Source: a virus
Taxonomy: Duplodnaviria > Heunggongvirae > Uroviricota > Caudoviricetes
Strand: one strand, 5' to 3'
IMG/VR virus record: IMGVR_UViG_3300017650_000009
Length of the DNA stretch: 64,000 bases
Each line of letters begins with the position of its first letter. Positions within the stretch are counted from its first letter, which is position 1. The position numbers and the translations under genes are program-made. The notes beneath the pieces are model-generated. The model had not been told where the DNA came from, made no database searches, and saw only the letters and a program-made list of their open reading frames with translations. Below are positions 1-9,328 of the stretch, one piece after another.

Positions 1-59
1 AAAGCATCCAGACAATTATAATACGCTCAAGAAAATGTGGGCAGATGAAGGTGGAGAAG

Positions 60-677
60 ATGAGCAAGCTAATCCTGACTGATATCGATGAAGTTCTATT
101 GGACTGGGGCGGCCATTTCGAAGCTTGGTATCGTAAGGTAGCACCAAACTTCGGAAGTAAGGCACCAACAACTCCAATGCGTGATGCCTACAATATTGAG
201 GAATGGCTTAATTGCGATCTAGCTACTACTCGACATTTGATCATGCAGTTCAACTACTGTAAAGATCATTTCCCATACATCACTGCATACGACCATGCAG
301 TCACATACGTTAATCGTATGAAACGTGAGGGCTGGGACTTCGTAGCCATTACCGCTTGTGCTGATGACGAATGGACTCATGATGCACGACGTGAAAATCT
401 CGAACGTGACTTCCCCGGTGTATTCGACACAATCCATTGTGTGGGTCTTGGCGCATCGAAGACAAAATATTTGGAACGCTATAAGCCAACTTGGTGGGTC
501 GACGATAAAGTCAAACATGCCGAAGAAGGTGGACGTTTGGGTCATAAGAGTTTCTTGATGACACAGCCATACAACGTGGATCATGAACCAACTCATTGTA
601 AGCGTGTCAGCAATTGGCACGACATCTATAAGTGTGTTAATGATGATTCATGTTACGAGTATGGATGGATGGCATAA
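60..677 (+). CDS. HAD-superfamily phosphatase / 5'-nucleotidase
   Basis: HAD motif I LTDIDEVL, motif IV WVDDK; start could be 45 or 60. Confidence 0.8.
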   Translation: MSKLILTDIDEVLLDWGGHFEAWYRKVAPNFGSKAPTTPMRDAYNIEEWLNCDLATTRHLIMQFNYCKDHFPYITAYDHAVTYVNRMKREGWDFVAITACADDEWTHDARRENLERDFPGVFDTIHCVGLGASKTKYLERYKPTWWVDDKVKHAEEGGRLGHKSFLMTQPYNVDHEPTHCKRVSNWHDIYKCVNDDSCYEYGWMA

Positions 678-683
678 TGTAGG

Positions 684-711
684 TTGACTAATTTAGAACA
701 ACTGTTATGTA
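684..711 (+). promoter_or_regulatory. sigma70-type early promoter
   Basis: TTGACT-16 nt (ending TGT)-TATGTA; same layout as about 10 other promoters in the window. Confidence 0.55.
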
Positions 712-714
712 TGT

Positions 715-860
715 GACATATGTCGCCAACTAACGTCCTTAACCGATCATGTCATAATCGGAGTAAACCAAGCAAAGAAGCATAGGTTAGTTGGACATTC
801 ATTGTGTGTAAAATTCTTTGCAAATGACACAAAAAGGGAAGCGCTGGGCTTCCCTTTTTC
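715..860 (+). ncRNA. candidate structured small RNA
   Basis: Lies between a promoter and a terminator with no credible ORF; CCAACTAAC 726-734 pairs with 786-794, CCGAT/ATCGG hairpin, TTGTGT/ACACAA stem. Confidence 0.45.
831..859 (+). terminator. intrinsic terminator (possibly bidirectional)
   Basis: AAAAAGGGAAGC-GCTGG-GCTTCCCTTTTT. Confidence 0.75.
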
Positions 861-915
861 AATATAATTATTTTCTAAAAAATAGTTAAAACACCACATA
901 TTAGTTAACCTGACA

Positions 916-923
916 TATAAATA
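916..923 (+). promoter_or_regulatory. T4-like late promoter TATAAATA
   Basis: Exact T4 late consensus upstream of phoH. Confidence 0.6.
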
Positions 924-961
924 CCAATGAGCAGTCGCAACCCATTCCAGGAGGCTGGACA

Positions 962-1780
962 TTGGCTAAGAATAATAGAGCAAAACGCGCTGACAAGTAT
1001 AACCCACGTCAGGACCGCAATAGATCCCCGAACGACTTCGGTCGTGCTGCAAAATACGAACGCGGTGGTGGATCTCGTACAAACGATAACATCATTGAAT
1101 TCGCCACAATCAACAAATCCAAAAAGACTCGAGTAGACATTGTTCCGCGTAACGTACAGCAGGAAAACCTAGTGGTTGCCCTAGCTGACGACCGCAAGCA
1201 CATTGTATTCGCTACTGGTCCTGCGGGTTGTGGTAAGACACTTTTGTCTACACTAGCAGCAATTAAAGCACTCAAGTCAGGTGCAGTTGAAAAAATCGTT
1301 ATCACTCGTCCTAACGTCGCAGTTGACGATAAGGACATTGGTTTCCTACCAGGCGATATCTTGAAGAAGATGACACCTTGGATGATGCCAATTCTAGACG
1401 TATTTGCCGAATATTATAACGCCAACGAAATTCAATATATGCTTGAAGAAAACATCATTGAGATGGTTCCGATTGCATTCATTCGTGGCCGTACATTTAA
1501 GAATGCTTTCATCATCGTTGATGAAGCACAGGGAACAACAGCCAATTCAATGCTTTCGATTCTCACACGTATTGGTGAGAACTCTAAGATGGTTGTAACG
1601 GGTGACCTTGCCCAGTCCGACCGTGGCACAAACAACGGCCTTGCAGACTTTATCCGTCGTTTTGCCGGTGCAAGCAGTGATCATTTGGAACTCATCGAGT
1701 TTACAAAGAGTGACGTTGAGCGTCACCCAGTTGTTAAAGAACTTCTCACTAAGTTCTATAAGGACGAAGATCAGAAATAA
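962..1780 (+). CDS. phoH: PhoH-family ATPase
   Basis: GPAGCGKT, ITRP, IGFLPGD, RGRTF, VDEAQ, GDLAQSD, ERHP motifs; TTG start with AGGAGG RBS. Confidence 0.95.
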   Translation: MAKNNRAKRADKYNPRQDRNRSPNDFGRAAKYERGGGSRTNDNIIEFATINKSKKTRVDIVPRNVQQENLVVALADDRKHIVFATGPAGCGKTLLSTLAAIKALKSGAVEKIVITRPNVAVDDKDIGFLPGDILKKMTPWMMPILDVFAEYYNANEIQYMLEENIIEMVPIAFIRGRTFKNAFIIVDEAQGTTANSMLSILTRIGENSKMVVTGDLAQSDRGTNNGLADFIRRFAGASSDHLELIEFTKSDVERHPVVKELLTKFYKDEDQK

Positions 1781-1794
1781 AACTTCCCCTCGAG

Positions 1795-1819
1795 AACGGA
1801 GCCTTAGTGCTCCGTTTTT
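1795..1819 (+). terminator. intrinsic terminator
   Basis: AACGGAG-loop-CTCCGTT followed by T-run after phoH. Confidence 0.7.
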
Positions 1820-1821
1820 GT

Positions 1822-1849
1822 TTGACTGATTTCCATTACATGTTACACT
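1822..1849 (+). promoter_or_regulatory. sigma70-type early promoter
   Basis: TTGACT-16 nt-TACACT with TGT before -10. Confidence 0.6.
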
Positions 1850-1874
1850 GGGCAAAACAAACCAGTGAGTAACT

Positions 1875-2366
1875 ATGAAACCGTTTTATGCCCAACAACT
1901 TTTATATCGAAAGATTCAAAAGACACTTGATGATTCACATCTCACTCAAGAATTCTTCATTGATGAATATGGAGAGTATCATGAGATGCGTGATGCGATA
2001 GATTTAAGCAAAGATCTGAAGCGGCTCGTAACTCGTTCAATATGCCATTATTTGATGATCGAAGAAATTATCGAACATTATAAACGGCATTATGTGGTTC
2101 AACCAACACTCACAGACTTGGGTGAATGTTTCATGCATAATTATGACAACGGTATTCTATTGGACGACACTAATACTCCGAATGCTAAACAAACCGCTGA
2201 ATGTCTATTTGAACAGATTCGTTCTACTGATCGAATCAACAAGAATCTCATCGATTTTGCCAATAAATCAAAAGATCCGGAGCTCGACGGTATTCGGCGT
2301 GAACTGGTGCATTTGGCACTCATCCATGGGAAACAGCCAAACGGCGATATACTGTTGACAAAATAA
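1875..2366 (+). CDS. hypothetical protein
   Basis: 163-aa ORF behind a promoter. Confidence 0.65.
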   Translation: MKPFYAQQLLYRKIQKTLDDSHLTQEFFIDEYGEYHEMRDAIDLSKDLKRLVTRSICHYLMIEEIIEHYKRHYVVQPTLTDLGECFMHNYDNGILLDDTNTPNAKQTAECLFEQIRSTDRINKNLIDFANKSKDPELDGIRRELVHLALIHGKQPNGDILLTK

Positions 2367-2382
2367 CTCTGTGTGTTAGAAC
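2355..2382 (+). promoter_or_regulatory. sigma70-type early promoter
   Basis: TTGACA-16 nt-TAGAAC with TGT before -10. Confidence 0.55.
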
Positions 2383-2403
2383 ACACAAAAGAAAGGATTT
2401 GTC

Positions 2404-3096
2404 ATGCTTGAGTTGGAAGTTGCTACGGACGTAATCAATAAGGCACAGGAAGTTAACCGTCTTCGTCAGAAGATTGGTACAAACCGATATTCCGTTGGTC
2501 GAGTTCCTGAACTCAACATGCCACGTTCTTCAAGTGAAGTTTTCCGTGAATGTGCAGAACGGCTTGGAATTCCCTCTTTGGAACTCGAATATATTGCCAC
2601 GGCGTTGTTCAGTGATGATGACGAGTCAACAGTTGAGGAACTCAAAAAGCTCATTATGATATCGAAGCTTCGATATTCTGAGCCATCACTCAAGTATGCT
2701 GAAGCTGTTTCACGAGCACAGGCAACGTATGAACAGCAACTAAAGGCACACCAAGACGCAGTTGCGCGTGATGCTGAGCTTAAGGCGAAACTCGATCAAC
2801 TATTGACCGAGCAGCCAGCCACTGATATTCGGACAGTATGGATCAATACAGTTCAGGAACTCGAAACAATGCTAGAGGGTGTCAATTATGAGATTGGTAA
2901 ACTCTCGCATGAAGAACGTACCTTTGTTCGTTATTTGAACGAACGTTCCAAGCACGTTCAGATTACACCGGTTGAAGGTCGGGGCGAAGTACTGGCAGCA
3001 TCCTGGTCAGATATTCGCAAGTTCCATCACGAGCACATCGCAGGTGTTTTGCGTGGCTGGATCAAAATCAAGGAAGAAATGAATGGGGTTCAATAA
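2404..3096 (+). CDS. hypothetical coiled-coil protein, paralogue of 4278..4967
   Basis: AAGGA RBS; ECAERLGIPSLELEYI resembles EGAKHLGMKPHEMQFI. Confidence 0.7.
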   Translation: MLELEVATDVINKAQEVNRLRQKIGTNRYSVGRVPELNMPRSSSEVFRECAERLGIPSLELEYIATALFSDDDESTVEELKKLIMISKLRYSEPSLKYAEAVSRAQATYEQQLKAHQDAVARDAELKAKLDQLLTEQPATDIRTVWINTVQELETMLEGVNYEIGKLSHEERTFVRYLNERSKHVQITPVEGRGEVLAASWSDIRKFHHEHIAGVLRGWIKIKEEMNGVQ

Positions 3097-3730
3097 TCTA
3101 ACTCAACATCATTTCGTAACACCAAATGGGGTTGCACGATTTCTTGATTTTACGGTTAAGCGGAATGAAATCCGCTTATATCCGACACAAATTAATATCA
3201 GAGTGTTAGAACTCCTGCTGAATCTAGATGACCCCAAATATCTGCTCAAGGCACAAAAAACTTCAGTAGATCATGTATGGAGATATACCGAAGAGACACG
3301 CGATGCTCATGCGATGCATCCACTTGTTTTCACAAACATAATCGAATCAAAAGGCAAAAATCCACAATCATATCCAATATACGGTTTAACTGATTGGGGT
3401 CGATCCGCTTTGATGTCGTTAAAGGCCGGTTATGTATGGTCATCGCTTGAGGGACCATTGCCTGATATAACTCGTGAACTCTATCGTTCACTTGAGGAAA
3501 AAATGTCAGCAGGGGTTGATGAAGTTAAAATGCCATTGAAACTGATGGGGTCGTGGTGGTATGGGCTCGAAACTCATCGCGACGTTATCGCATATACTAC
3601 TACTGCTGAGCAGATTGAATTTCATCTAGCAGATGTTATAAGTCTTCAACAAAGCCAGTTTGCTATCGAATCTGGTATTCACGATAGTTGGGCGAAATCA
3701 CTCGTATTATGGCGCTTGGAGGCTGTTTGA
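3083..3730 (+). CDS. hypothetical protein
   Basis: 215-aa ORF overlapping its neighbours in an operon. Confidence 0.65.
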   Translation: MGFNNLTQHHFVTPNGVARFLDFTVKRNEIRLYPTQINIRVLELLLNLDDPKYLLKAQKTSVDHVWRYTEETRDAHAMHPLVFTNIIESKGKNPQSYPIYGLTDWGRSALMSLKAGYVWSSLEGPLPDITRELYRSLEEKMSAGVDEVKMPLKLMGSWWYGLETHRDVIAYTTTAEQIEFHLADVISLQQSQFAIESGIHDSWAKSLVLWRLEAV

Positions 3731-4281
3731 TGTCTATTCTTATTCATAATAACAATGAGACTAAAAAGCTAAAAAGAACGCTAATCCAAATGCGTGATGG
3801 CGATCCAGTTGTGACAAGTGTTTTCAATTTCGGTTACATGATTAAGTTAACGGAAAACGATTACAACCGGGCGGATGAAATCCTTTCGTATTACGATTCG
3901 AATCATTTCATCAAAACAGGGCTGGCAAGGATTGAACGTCGTTTCTACACCGTCGGCGATAAAGATCGACCTTATGCACCCGAAAGCAATTCCTATTGCA
4001 GTGTTTTAGCTGTTACAATGGTGCTCACTGATAAGGGCAAAACACTTCTGGAGTATCTGGAAACGTATCCGGATAATACAGTGTTCTTTGATATGTCTAC
4101 GTTCATGTATAACGTAGATCGCACATATGAGTTGGTGAAGGAAGAACTCAAAGCCACTGTTCTCAATTTTGATCGTTATCAGGCGTTTGCTAATCTTGGC
4201 TCAGAATTTACTTCCCTCAATAGCTTGATTATGTTGGAAAAACTGTCTCGCACGCGGAACAGCAAGGGTGAATATGTATGA
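3730..4281 (+). CDS. hypothetical protein
   Basis: TGATG coupling to upstream ORF, GGAGG RBS. Confidence 0.65.
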   Translation: MSILIHNNNETKKLKRTLIQMRDGDPVVTSVFNFGYMIKLTENDYNRADEILSYYDSNHFIKTGLARIERRFYTVGDKDRPYAPESNSYCSVLAVTMVLTDKGKTLLEYLETYPDNTVFFDMSTFMYNVDRTYELVKEELKATVLNFDRYQAFANLGSEFTSLNSLIMLEKLSRTRNSKGEYV

Positions 4282-4967
4282 ACTCGAATATTGGATTCAA
4301 CACCATTGACATAACCAGTTCGATGATTCTCGAACTGGTTTCGATAAATCAAGAATTGAACGATAACGAGGCACAACTCGCTACTCAGCTACTTGCGGAT
4401 GCCAATCAGTATAAGTTCAATCCAGATGAATATATGCCTGCTATTCTTTGCGAAGGTGCAAAACATCTGGGTATGAAACCACATGAGATGCAATTTATTT
4501 TGGAAAATCTCATATGGGATAAAAATGATCCAGTAATGGAGAAAATGCTGACTACTTTGCTTACGTATGTGAAAATCAAACATGCGGATAAGATCGCTGA
4601 ATTTCGTGATCAAATGAAAGCCAATCATCTTGATTGGGATCGAGAAGCTAAATCAAAAATTCATATGGCACAAATTAAAACCAAAGAACGATACGATTTT
4701 ATGCGTGATAAAATCATGTCACGTTTCAACGCAAAACAGCAAGCCATGAATGATCGGTTTAGTATATTGGTCAATAGGGTCAAGCGGGTTCTGTTAACGC
4801 CGTTGGATCAACGTTTGGAAAATGACCAAGCTATCGTTGATCTTATGGATGCAAGAGGATTAATTTCGGATGATAAGACAATGGTCAGTCTTGAGAGACT
4901 GACCTTTATGAAACTTGATGAGCAGAGAGAACTCTTAAACGAATGCCTTCGTGTGTTTGGGTATTAA
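4278..4967 (+). CDS. hypothetical coiled-coil protein, paralogue of 2404..3096
   Basis: ATGA overlap; shared motif block. Confidence 0.7.
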   Translation: MNSNIGFNTIDITSSMILELVSINQELNDNEAQLATQLLADANQYKFNPDEYMPAILCEGAKHLGMKPHEMQFILENLIWDKNDPVMEKMLTTLLTYVKIKHADKIAEFRDQMKANHLDWDREAKSKIHMAQIKTKERYDFMRDKIMSRFNAKQQAMNDRFSILVNRVKRVLLTPLDQRLENDQAIVDLMDARGLISDDKTMVSLERLTFMKLDEQRELLNECLRVFGY

Positions 4968-5440
4968 TCGTCAATACCCTTACGGTATACCGTTTTAGGA
5001 ATAACAATATTCTTTGGTTCCAATTTACCATTTGCTGTCGGGCAAACTGGATTGCCATCAGTTTGTTTTGCACATTTTGGATTGGATTTTACTAATACGG
5101 GGATTGTTAGTTTATCGTCACCCTGAATCACGATATCATCGTGTGGGTTATTTTCACGACTAAGCGCGTCTAGTTCACTTGCATAACCCATTGATGGATC
5201 AGCTTTCGCACGAGCTAGTAGATTGAAAATGTCCTTAAGTGTGAACTTTGCTTTATCACTACGCTGATTAAAGCGTTGTACGAAGTGGTTCATATCCGAC
5301 GTTGGAATTTCAACATCCAGAACAGGTTGTCTCTTTTTGAGTTTCTCTTCTGGTTGATAGACAAATTTGTCGAGCGTATCCGCGACAGTTTTAATGTCGG
5401 CGGGATTAGCCGTCGCTTCAAAGATTTCGTTCAAACGCAT
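4964..5440 (-). CDS. hypothetical late (possibly virion) protein
   Basis: Start MRLNEIFE with GGGAG RBS and minus-strand CATAAATA at 5470-5477. Confidence 0.6.
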   Translation of the reverse strand: MRLNEIFEATANPADIKTVADTLDKFVYQPEEKLKKRQPVLDVEIPTSDMNHFVQRFNQRSDKAKFTLKDIFNLLARAKADPSMGYASELDALSRENNPHDDIVIQGDDKLTIPVLVKSNPKCAKQTDGNPVCPTANGKLEPKNIVIPKTVYRKGIDD

Positions 5441-5469
5441 AGTAGTCTCCCTGATAACCTTGCATGTAA

Positions 5470-5505
5470 TATTTATGCCAGAACTATTTGCAAGGAATAT
5501 AAATA
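5470..5505. promoter_or_regulatory. divergent pair of late promoters
   Basis: CATAAATA on minus (5470-5477) and TATAAATA on plus (5498-5505). Confidence 0.6.
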
Positions 5506-5526
5506 TGGACAGTAAGGAGAAACCCA

Positions 5527-6081
5527 ATGGATCCAAGACACGCAAAACGACTTCATAAGCATTCGAACCTCACTGATATTTTGATTCAGATCGAGGATTT
5601 CTTGGATGGTCTCGATCTTTACGTTTTCCAGAATTGGATTGAAGGTGAAGTGTTTGAAGGACCTGAGATTCGTCGCTATTGGGTAGATATTACCCTAATG
5701 TACGAATATAAGCAAATGCCAGATCCACAAGGTGCGGTTCGTTTAACCAAACACGGTGCGAAGGTTTATTTCGAGAAGAGCAAAAAGGAAGTCCCAGTCG
5801 ATATTAAATCACAAGATGATTACCGACCAGATCGCCCAGGGAAGCCAAAGATGCGCGAAGTTGAAATCTGGCTCGTGCATATTAGTATTCCACGAAAGTT
5901 TATCTCTGAACTAGATGATGATGATCTAGAGCTATTTGATGATGATGTAAACATCGATGACGTAAGCGATGCTCGCGATGAAAACATCGATCAAGGGGAC
6001 GCATACATGAATGGCGATTCTGATGAAGCAGCCGATGTGGAAACAGATGAAAATGAATTAGAGGACGAAGATGAAGCTTAA
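5527..6081 (+). CDS. hypothetical phage protein with acidic tail
   Basis: AAGGAG RBS, late promoter, D/E-rich C-terminus. Confidence 0.75.
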   Translation: MDPRHAKRLHKHSNLTDILIQIEDFLDGLDLYVFQNWIEGEVFEGPEIRRYWVDITLMYEYKQMPDPQGAVRLTKHGAKVYFEKSKKEVPVDIKSQDDYRPDRPGKPKMREVEIWLVHISIPRKFISELDDDDLELFDDDVNIDDVSDARDENIDQGDAYMNGDSDEAADVETDENELEDEDEA

Positions 6082-6823
6082 TGAAGGATTGAGAAAAAAC
6101 GACCTAAGTGATCTGGTTCTCCCATTAATCAGCATTGATGAGTTTGAAAGTAAAGTTTCCGAAGATGCGATTGTAGTTGGTTTCTTTGTCAAAGATAATG
6201 AGCCAGCAAATGATCTAAACCGTTTCATTCAGAAATCACCAGTATCACTATTAGATACAGAAGTAAGCCCTGCTCCAAACGAAGATGGCTACTTCTTAGT
6301 GTTCGTTGAATTCCTAAGAGATGAACAGTTCTTTTCAAAACTCCAAACAATTATCAATGAAGTTAATAATTTGGTTGATATCGATTCTGATGGATGGTCA
6401 TTTACTTGCTATGGTCATGAAGGTCAATTTGATCTTACTGAAGAAAAGGTACATGTGTTGATTCGTACTGAGCCACTCGAGGTTCTAATTGCACGAGCAC
6501 AAGCTGAGACTCAAGATGCTGTTATGGGTTTTCTCAGCAATAGTGATTTGGATGATGTGGTGATTGTCGGTGAAGACATTGTAATGCGCCGTAGCTCGAT
6601 GATGTTCGAAGCTGAAATACTAAGCTACGGCACGAATGCATTGGAACAGGGAAGTCTAGTTGAATCCGTCATGCGTTTGGATCCCAATTCAATCAGAGAA
6701 TGTCGTGAAATTCGTTCCATGCTAGGAATGCAATGGGACGTCACAAAATTTAATGAAACATTTGTGCTAACGAACACTGATCAAGAAGAAATGCTTTGCT
6801 TGAATATCAAGTCCACAAACTAG
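6071..6823 (+). CDS. hypothetical phage protein
   Basis: 250-aa ORF coupled to upstream gene, MKLNE start. Confidence 0.75.
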   Translation: MKLNEGLRKNDLSDLVLPLISIDEFESKVSEDAIVVGFFVKDNEPANDLNRFIQKSPVSLLDTEVSPAPNEDGYFLVFVEFLRDEQFFSKLQTIINEVNNLVDIDSDGWSFTCYGHEGQFDLTEEKVHVLIRTEPLEVLIARAQAETQDAVMGFLSNSDLDDVVIVGEDIVMRRSSMMFEAEILSYGTNALEQGSLVESVMRLDPNSIRECREIRSMLGMQWDVTKFNETFVLTNTDQEEMLCLNIKSTN

Positions 6824-7559
6824 GACGAATAGCCATAAGACGCAACAGCATCTGTTGCGTCTCTTGCTCATAAAACGGTGTTATATCCGTAAGTTCTGAG
6901 ATATTGTGTCGAGCGCTTATGGTGTTCTCGATCCCCTTCCATTCAAAGATCTTCTCAGCCATTTCCGAACTGATTGCATATTCGGATAGTTTTTCACGAG
7001 GCAAATATACTTCAGTGAACCATCCATATAAGGTGAGTATTTCGAGTTCATTTAACGTGTAGGGATCAGTTTCATCCACCTTTGGATTTGCTTCTAGATG
7101 ACGAAGCAATTGTTTGGCAATATCTGGATATCGACGATTCAGTTTGATCTTGCGACCTTCGAAAATTTCAGGAAACCGATATGTTTCGATATCATATATG
7201 AATTCGGTTTCGACAAAATTCACCAATGAACTGAAACAAGCATAAAACAGGATTGTGTCAGTGTCATGGTGAAAATGTTTGGCTAGTTCGGGTATGCGAA
7301 CTACTTTTGGCCGATGCAAATATTCATACCTGAACTCACTAATATGTTCGGTAATTTTATAACGAATGTTATTGTATTTGATTAGAGCATCGCCAACCTT
7401 CGATAGCAACCGAACGTATTTGGGATGAGCATCGACGAAGTTGGAAACATCCAAGTCAAGTGTTGCAAGCATGACTTTAGAGCCCGATGAATCGATTAAT
7501 CCGATCCGATAGTACCTTAGATATTGCTTGCTAACTGACCACAGATGTTTCATTTCCAA
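6807..7559 (-). CDS. hypothetical protein
   Basis: 250-aa ORF in minus-strand operon. Confidence 0.65.
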   Translation of the reverse strand: MEMKHLWSVSKQYLRYYRIGLIDSSGSKVMLATLDLDVSNFVDAHPKYVRLLSKVGDALIKYNNIRYKITEHISEFRYEYLHRPKVVRIPELAKHFHHDTDTILFYACFSSLVNFVETEFIYDIETYRFPEIFEGRKIKLNRRYPDIAKQLLRHLEANPKVDETDPYTLNELEILTLYGWFTEVYLPREKLSEYAISSEMAEKIFEWKGIENTISARHNISELTDITPFYEQETQQMLLRLMAIRPSLWT

Positions 7560-8101
7560 ACCCTTATGAGATCCTTATGCGTTTCTATCGCGGTACTTGC
7601 ATAGGTTGGGTCCGAAAGTTTGAAATTACTAAACCAAGTTGAATGCTCATGTGGAACTTCGTACTGGATGAAATCCCTAAGGATTTTTGGTACCTCGATT
7701 TTCAAACCTTCAGGCTGCTCACACTCAGCAAGTGCAAAGTATTGCTTACCTTTACGTGATTCTCGAAGAAAGTCAATGTCCCATTGACCATGTTTCTGTG
7801 GAATACTGAAACGAGTCTTGTGTAGTTCACTAATATTTTCACCCAACAAAACAAGTTCAAAATCCTCACGCGATACAACAGATTCTACTTCTAGAATCTT
7901 GCCAAGAATCTTTTTCTTGAACGTGTGGACATATACGTTGGATGTCTTCTTTCCTTGACGAATTGTGATACGTCGGAAACGATTGTTCTTAGTACAGTAA
8001 ACTTGATGAATTGTTTGGCGATCATATTTCTTTTCCAAAGCTTCTTGAAGCTCGGAATTATCCTCGTTCAAAATAAATTTATATTCATGTTCTATCGGCA
8101 T
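7550..8101 (-). CDS. CYTH-domain (triphosphate tunnel) protein
   Basis: N-terminal ExExK (IEHEYKF), KTRF, WDIDF, AECE motifs. Confidence 0.8.
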   Translation of the reverse strand: MPIEHEYKFILNEDNSELQEALEKKYDRQTIHQVYCTKNNRFRRITIRQGKKTSNVYVHTFKKKILGKILEVESVVSREDFELVLLGENISELHKTRFSIPQKHGQWDIDFLRESRKGKQYFALAECEQPEGLKIEVPKILRDFIQYEVPHEHSTWFSNFKLSDPTYASTAIETHKDLIRVWK

Positions 8102-8441
8102 CGACGTTTCCTAAAAGTTCTTCAAATCCATGAAGTTTTGCCATAACAATGAATTTCTTCCAAGCATCTTCGACGGCGGGTGTTTCTTCTGCTTGGATAC
8201 GGATGATTTGTAAAGATGCTCCAATAATAAAGGCATCCCGGAGAACCTTTCGATTCTCTTCCAGGTTCGGGTTACTTGGGAGTAATGCATGATCGAGACC
8301 GAGAAAACGAATGGTTTCCTTTAGACTTCTTACTTCGTCACGGAAGAAGTTCATTTCTTGTTTAAGAAAATCACGCTCGTTTTCCAACAATGCTATTTGT
8401 GATTCAAGCTGTTCAAGTTTGTACTCAGTCATTGGATCCAT
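8085..8441 (-). CDS. coiled-coil hypothetical protein, paralogue of 8425..8787
   Basis: Heptad region plus PAVEDAWKKFIVMAKLHG; start at 8441 or 8432. Confidence 0.65.
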   Translation of the reverse strand: MDPMTEYKLEQLESQIALLENERDFLKQEMNFFRDEVRSLKETIRFLGLDHALLPSNPNLEENRKVLRDAFIIGASLQIIRIQAEETPAVEDAWKKFIVMAKLHGFEELLGNVDADRT

Positions 8442-8787
8442 CCTGCCCACATAAACGTAATGCAGCCATGTATCGGTTCCATGCATCCGCTATCATTGGA
8501 TTCTCTTTGTTGGCTTTTTCCATAATTTCGAGGTGAGTTCCACGCTCAAGTCTCATTCGGACTTCAACAATTTTATCAATATCATAATTGAGAGTTCCGT
8601 CTGAATTACGGAGGCCAACTTCTTCAAGGACATTACCCGCAGTTGCAATATGCAACCGTGCATCCGATAGTTGTTCCTCAAGACTTGTAATTCGTTCGAG
8701 CAAAGCCAAGCGTTGATTTTCGGCTGCTTCTAGCTGGAATTCTAAACCAACGATATGGTTCTCCGCAGCAATGAGTTTTCGGTCCAT
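8425..8787 (-). CDS. coiled-coil hypothetical protein
   Basis: Start MDRKL with AAGGA RBS just 3' of the tRNA; PMIADAWNRYMAALRLCG. Confidence 0.7.
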   Translation of the reverse strand: MDRKLIAAENHIVGLEFQLEAAENQRLALLERITSLEEQLSDARLHIATAGNVLEEVGLRNSDGTLNYDIDKIVEVRMRLERGTHLEIMEKANKENPMIADAWNRYMAALRLCGQDGSND

Positions 8788-8801
8788 GTTATTGTCCTTG
8801 T

Positions 8802-8885
8802 TGGTGCGGCTGGTCAGACTCGAACTGACACTCCTTGCGGAACCGGATTTTGAGTCCGGCGCGTCTACCATTTCACCACAACCGC
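8802..8885 (-). tRNA. tRNA-Leu(CAA)
   Basis: Reverse complement GCGGTTG...TGGTAGAC, CCGGA-CTCAAAA-TCCGG anticodon arm, long variable arm, TTCGAGT T-loop, encoded CCA end. Confidence 0.95.
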
Positions 8886-8894
8886 ATTACAAGT

Positions 8895-8931
8895 TTTATA
8901 ACAGGCTACGCATTGGAATGCAATATTTATG
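8895..8931 (-). promoter_or_regulatory. tRNA promoters (sigma70-type plus late-type)
   Basis: TTGCAT-17 nt-TATAAA and CATAAATA (8924-8931) on minus strand. Confidence 0.5.
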
Positions 8932-9328
8932 GCATCTGTAGTTTATAAAGAAGGTAATCTTCTTTACGTTCAAAGCAAACATGCAATAGAATGTTATACG
9001 TAGGGGTTGATAATATTATGGATTCTTCCGTTGCCAGGGCTGGTATAGTTTGGAGTATAAAATGCCAGCGATTACCCTCTGGACCTAAATTGTTTTCAAG
9101 CCAATCCATTAGCTCGTTGACACTAGCAGAGACTTGTTTATTAACAATATCATACCGTTTGCCCGATTTATCACGCCGGGTCTGATCGGTCCATGAAGCA
9201 TGGTATATCTTGCGAGATATTATAACAGAAATGGGCCTTTCGACCCAATTCTCTCCAACCCATATTTTGATCGGGATTGGATCACCACAGCGATCAACTC
9301 TATCAGTCACTATTAGGTCGGTTGTCAT
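8927..9328 (-). CDS. hypothetical protein, C-terminal FKL-type module
   Basis: ELMDWLE...CFERKEDYLLYKL; start trimmed to limit overlap with upstream ORF. Confidence 0.65.
   Translation of the reverse strand: MTTDLIVTDRVDRCGDPIPIKIWVGENWVERPISVIISRKIYHASWTDQTRRDKSGKRYDIVNKQVSASVNELMDWLENNLGPEGNRWHFILQTIPALATEESIILSTPTYNILLHVCFERKEDYLLYKLQMP

Noticed and set aside
747-1136. Short ORFs 747..962 (minus) and 927..1136 (plus)
   Set aside because: They cross a terminator/promoter region or overlap phoH out of frame.
8788-8871. N-terminal extension of ORF 8425..8871
   Set aside because: It overlaps the tRNA-Leu gene; the likely start is 8787 with an AAGGA RBS.
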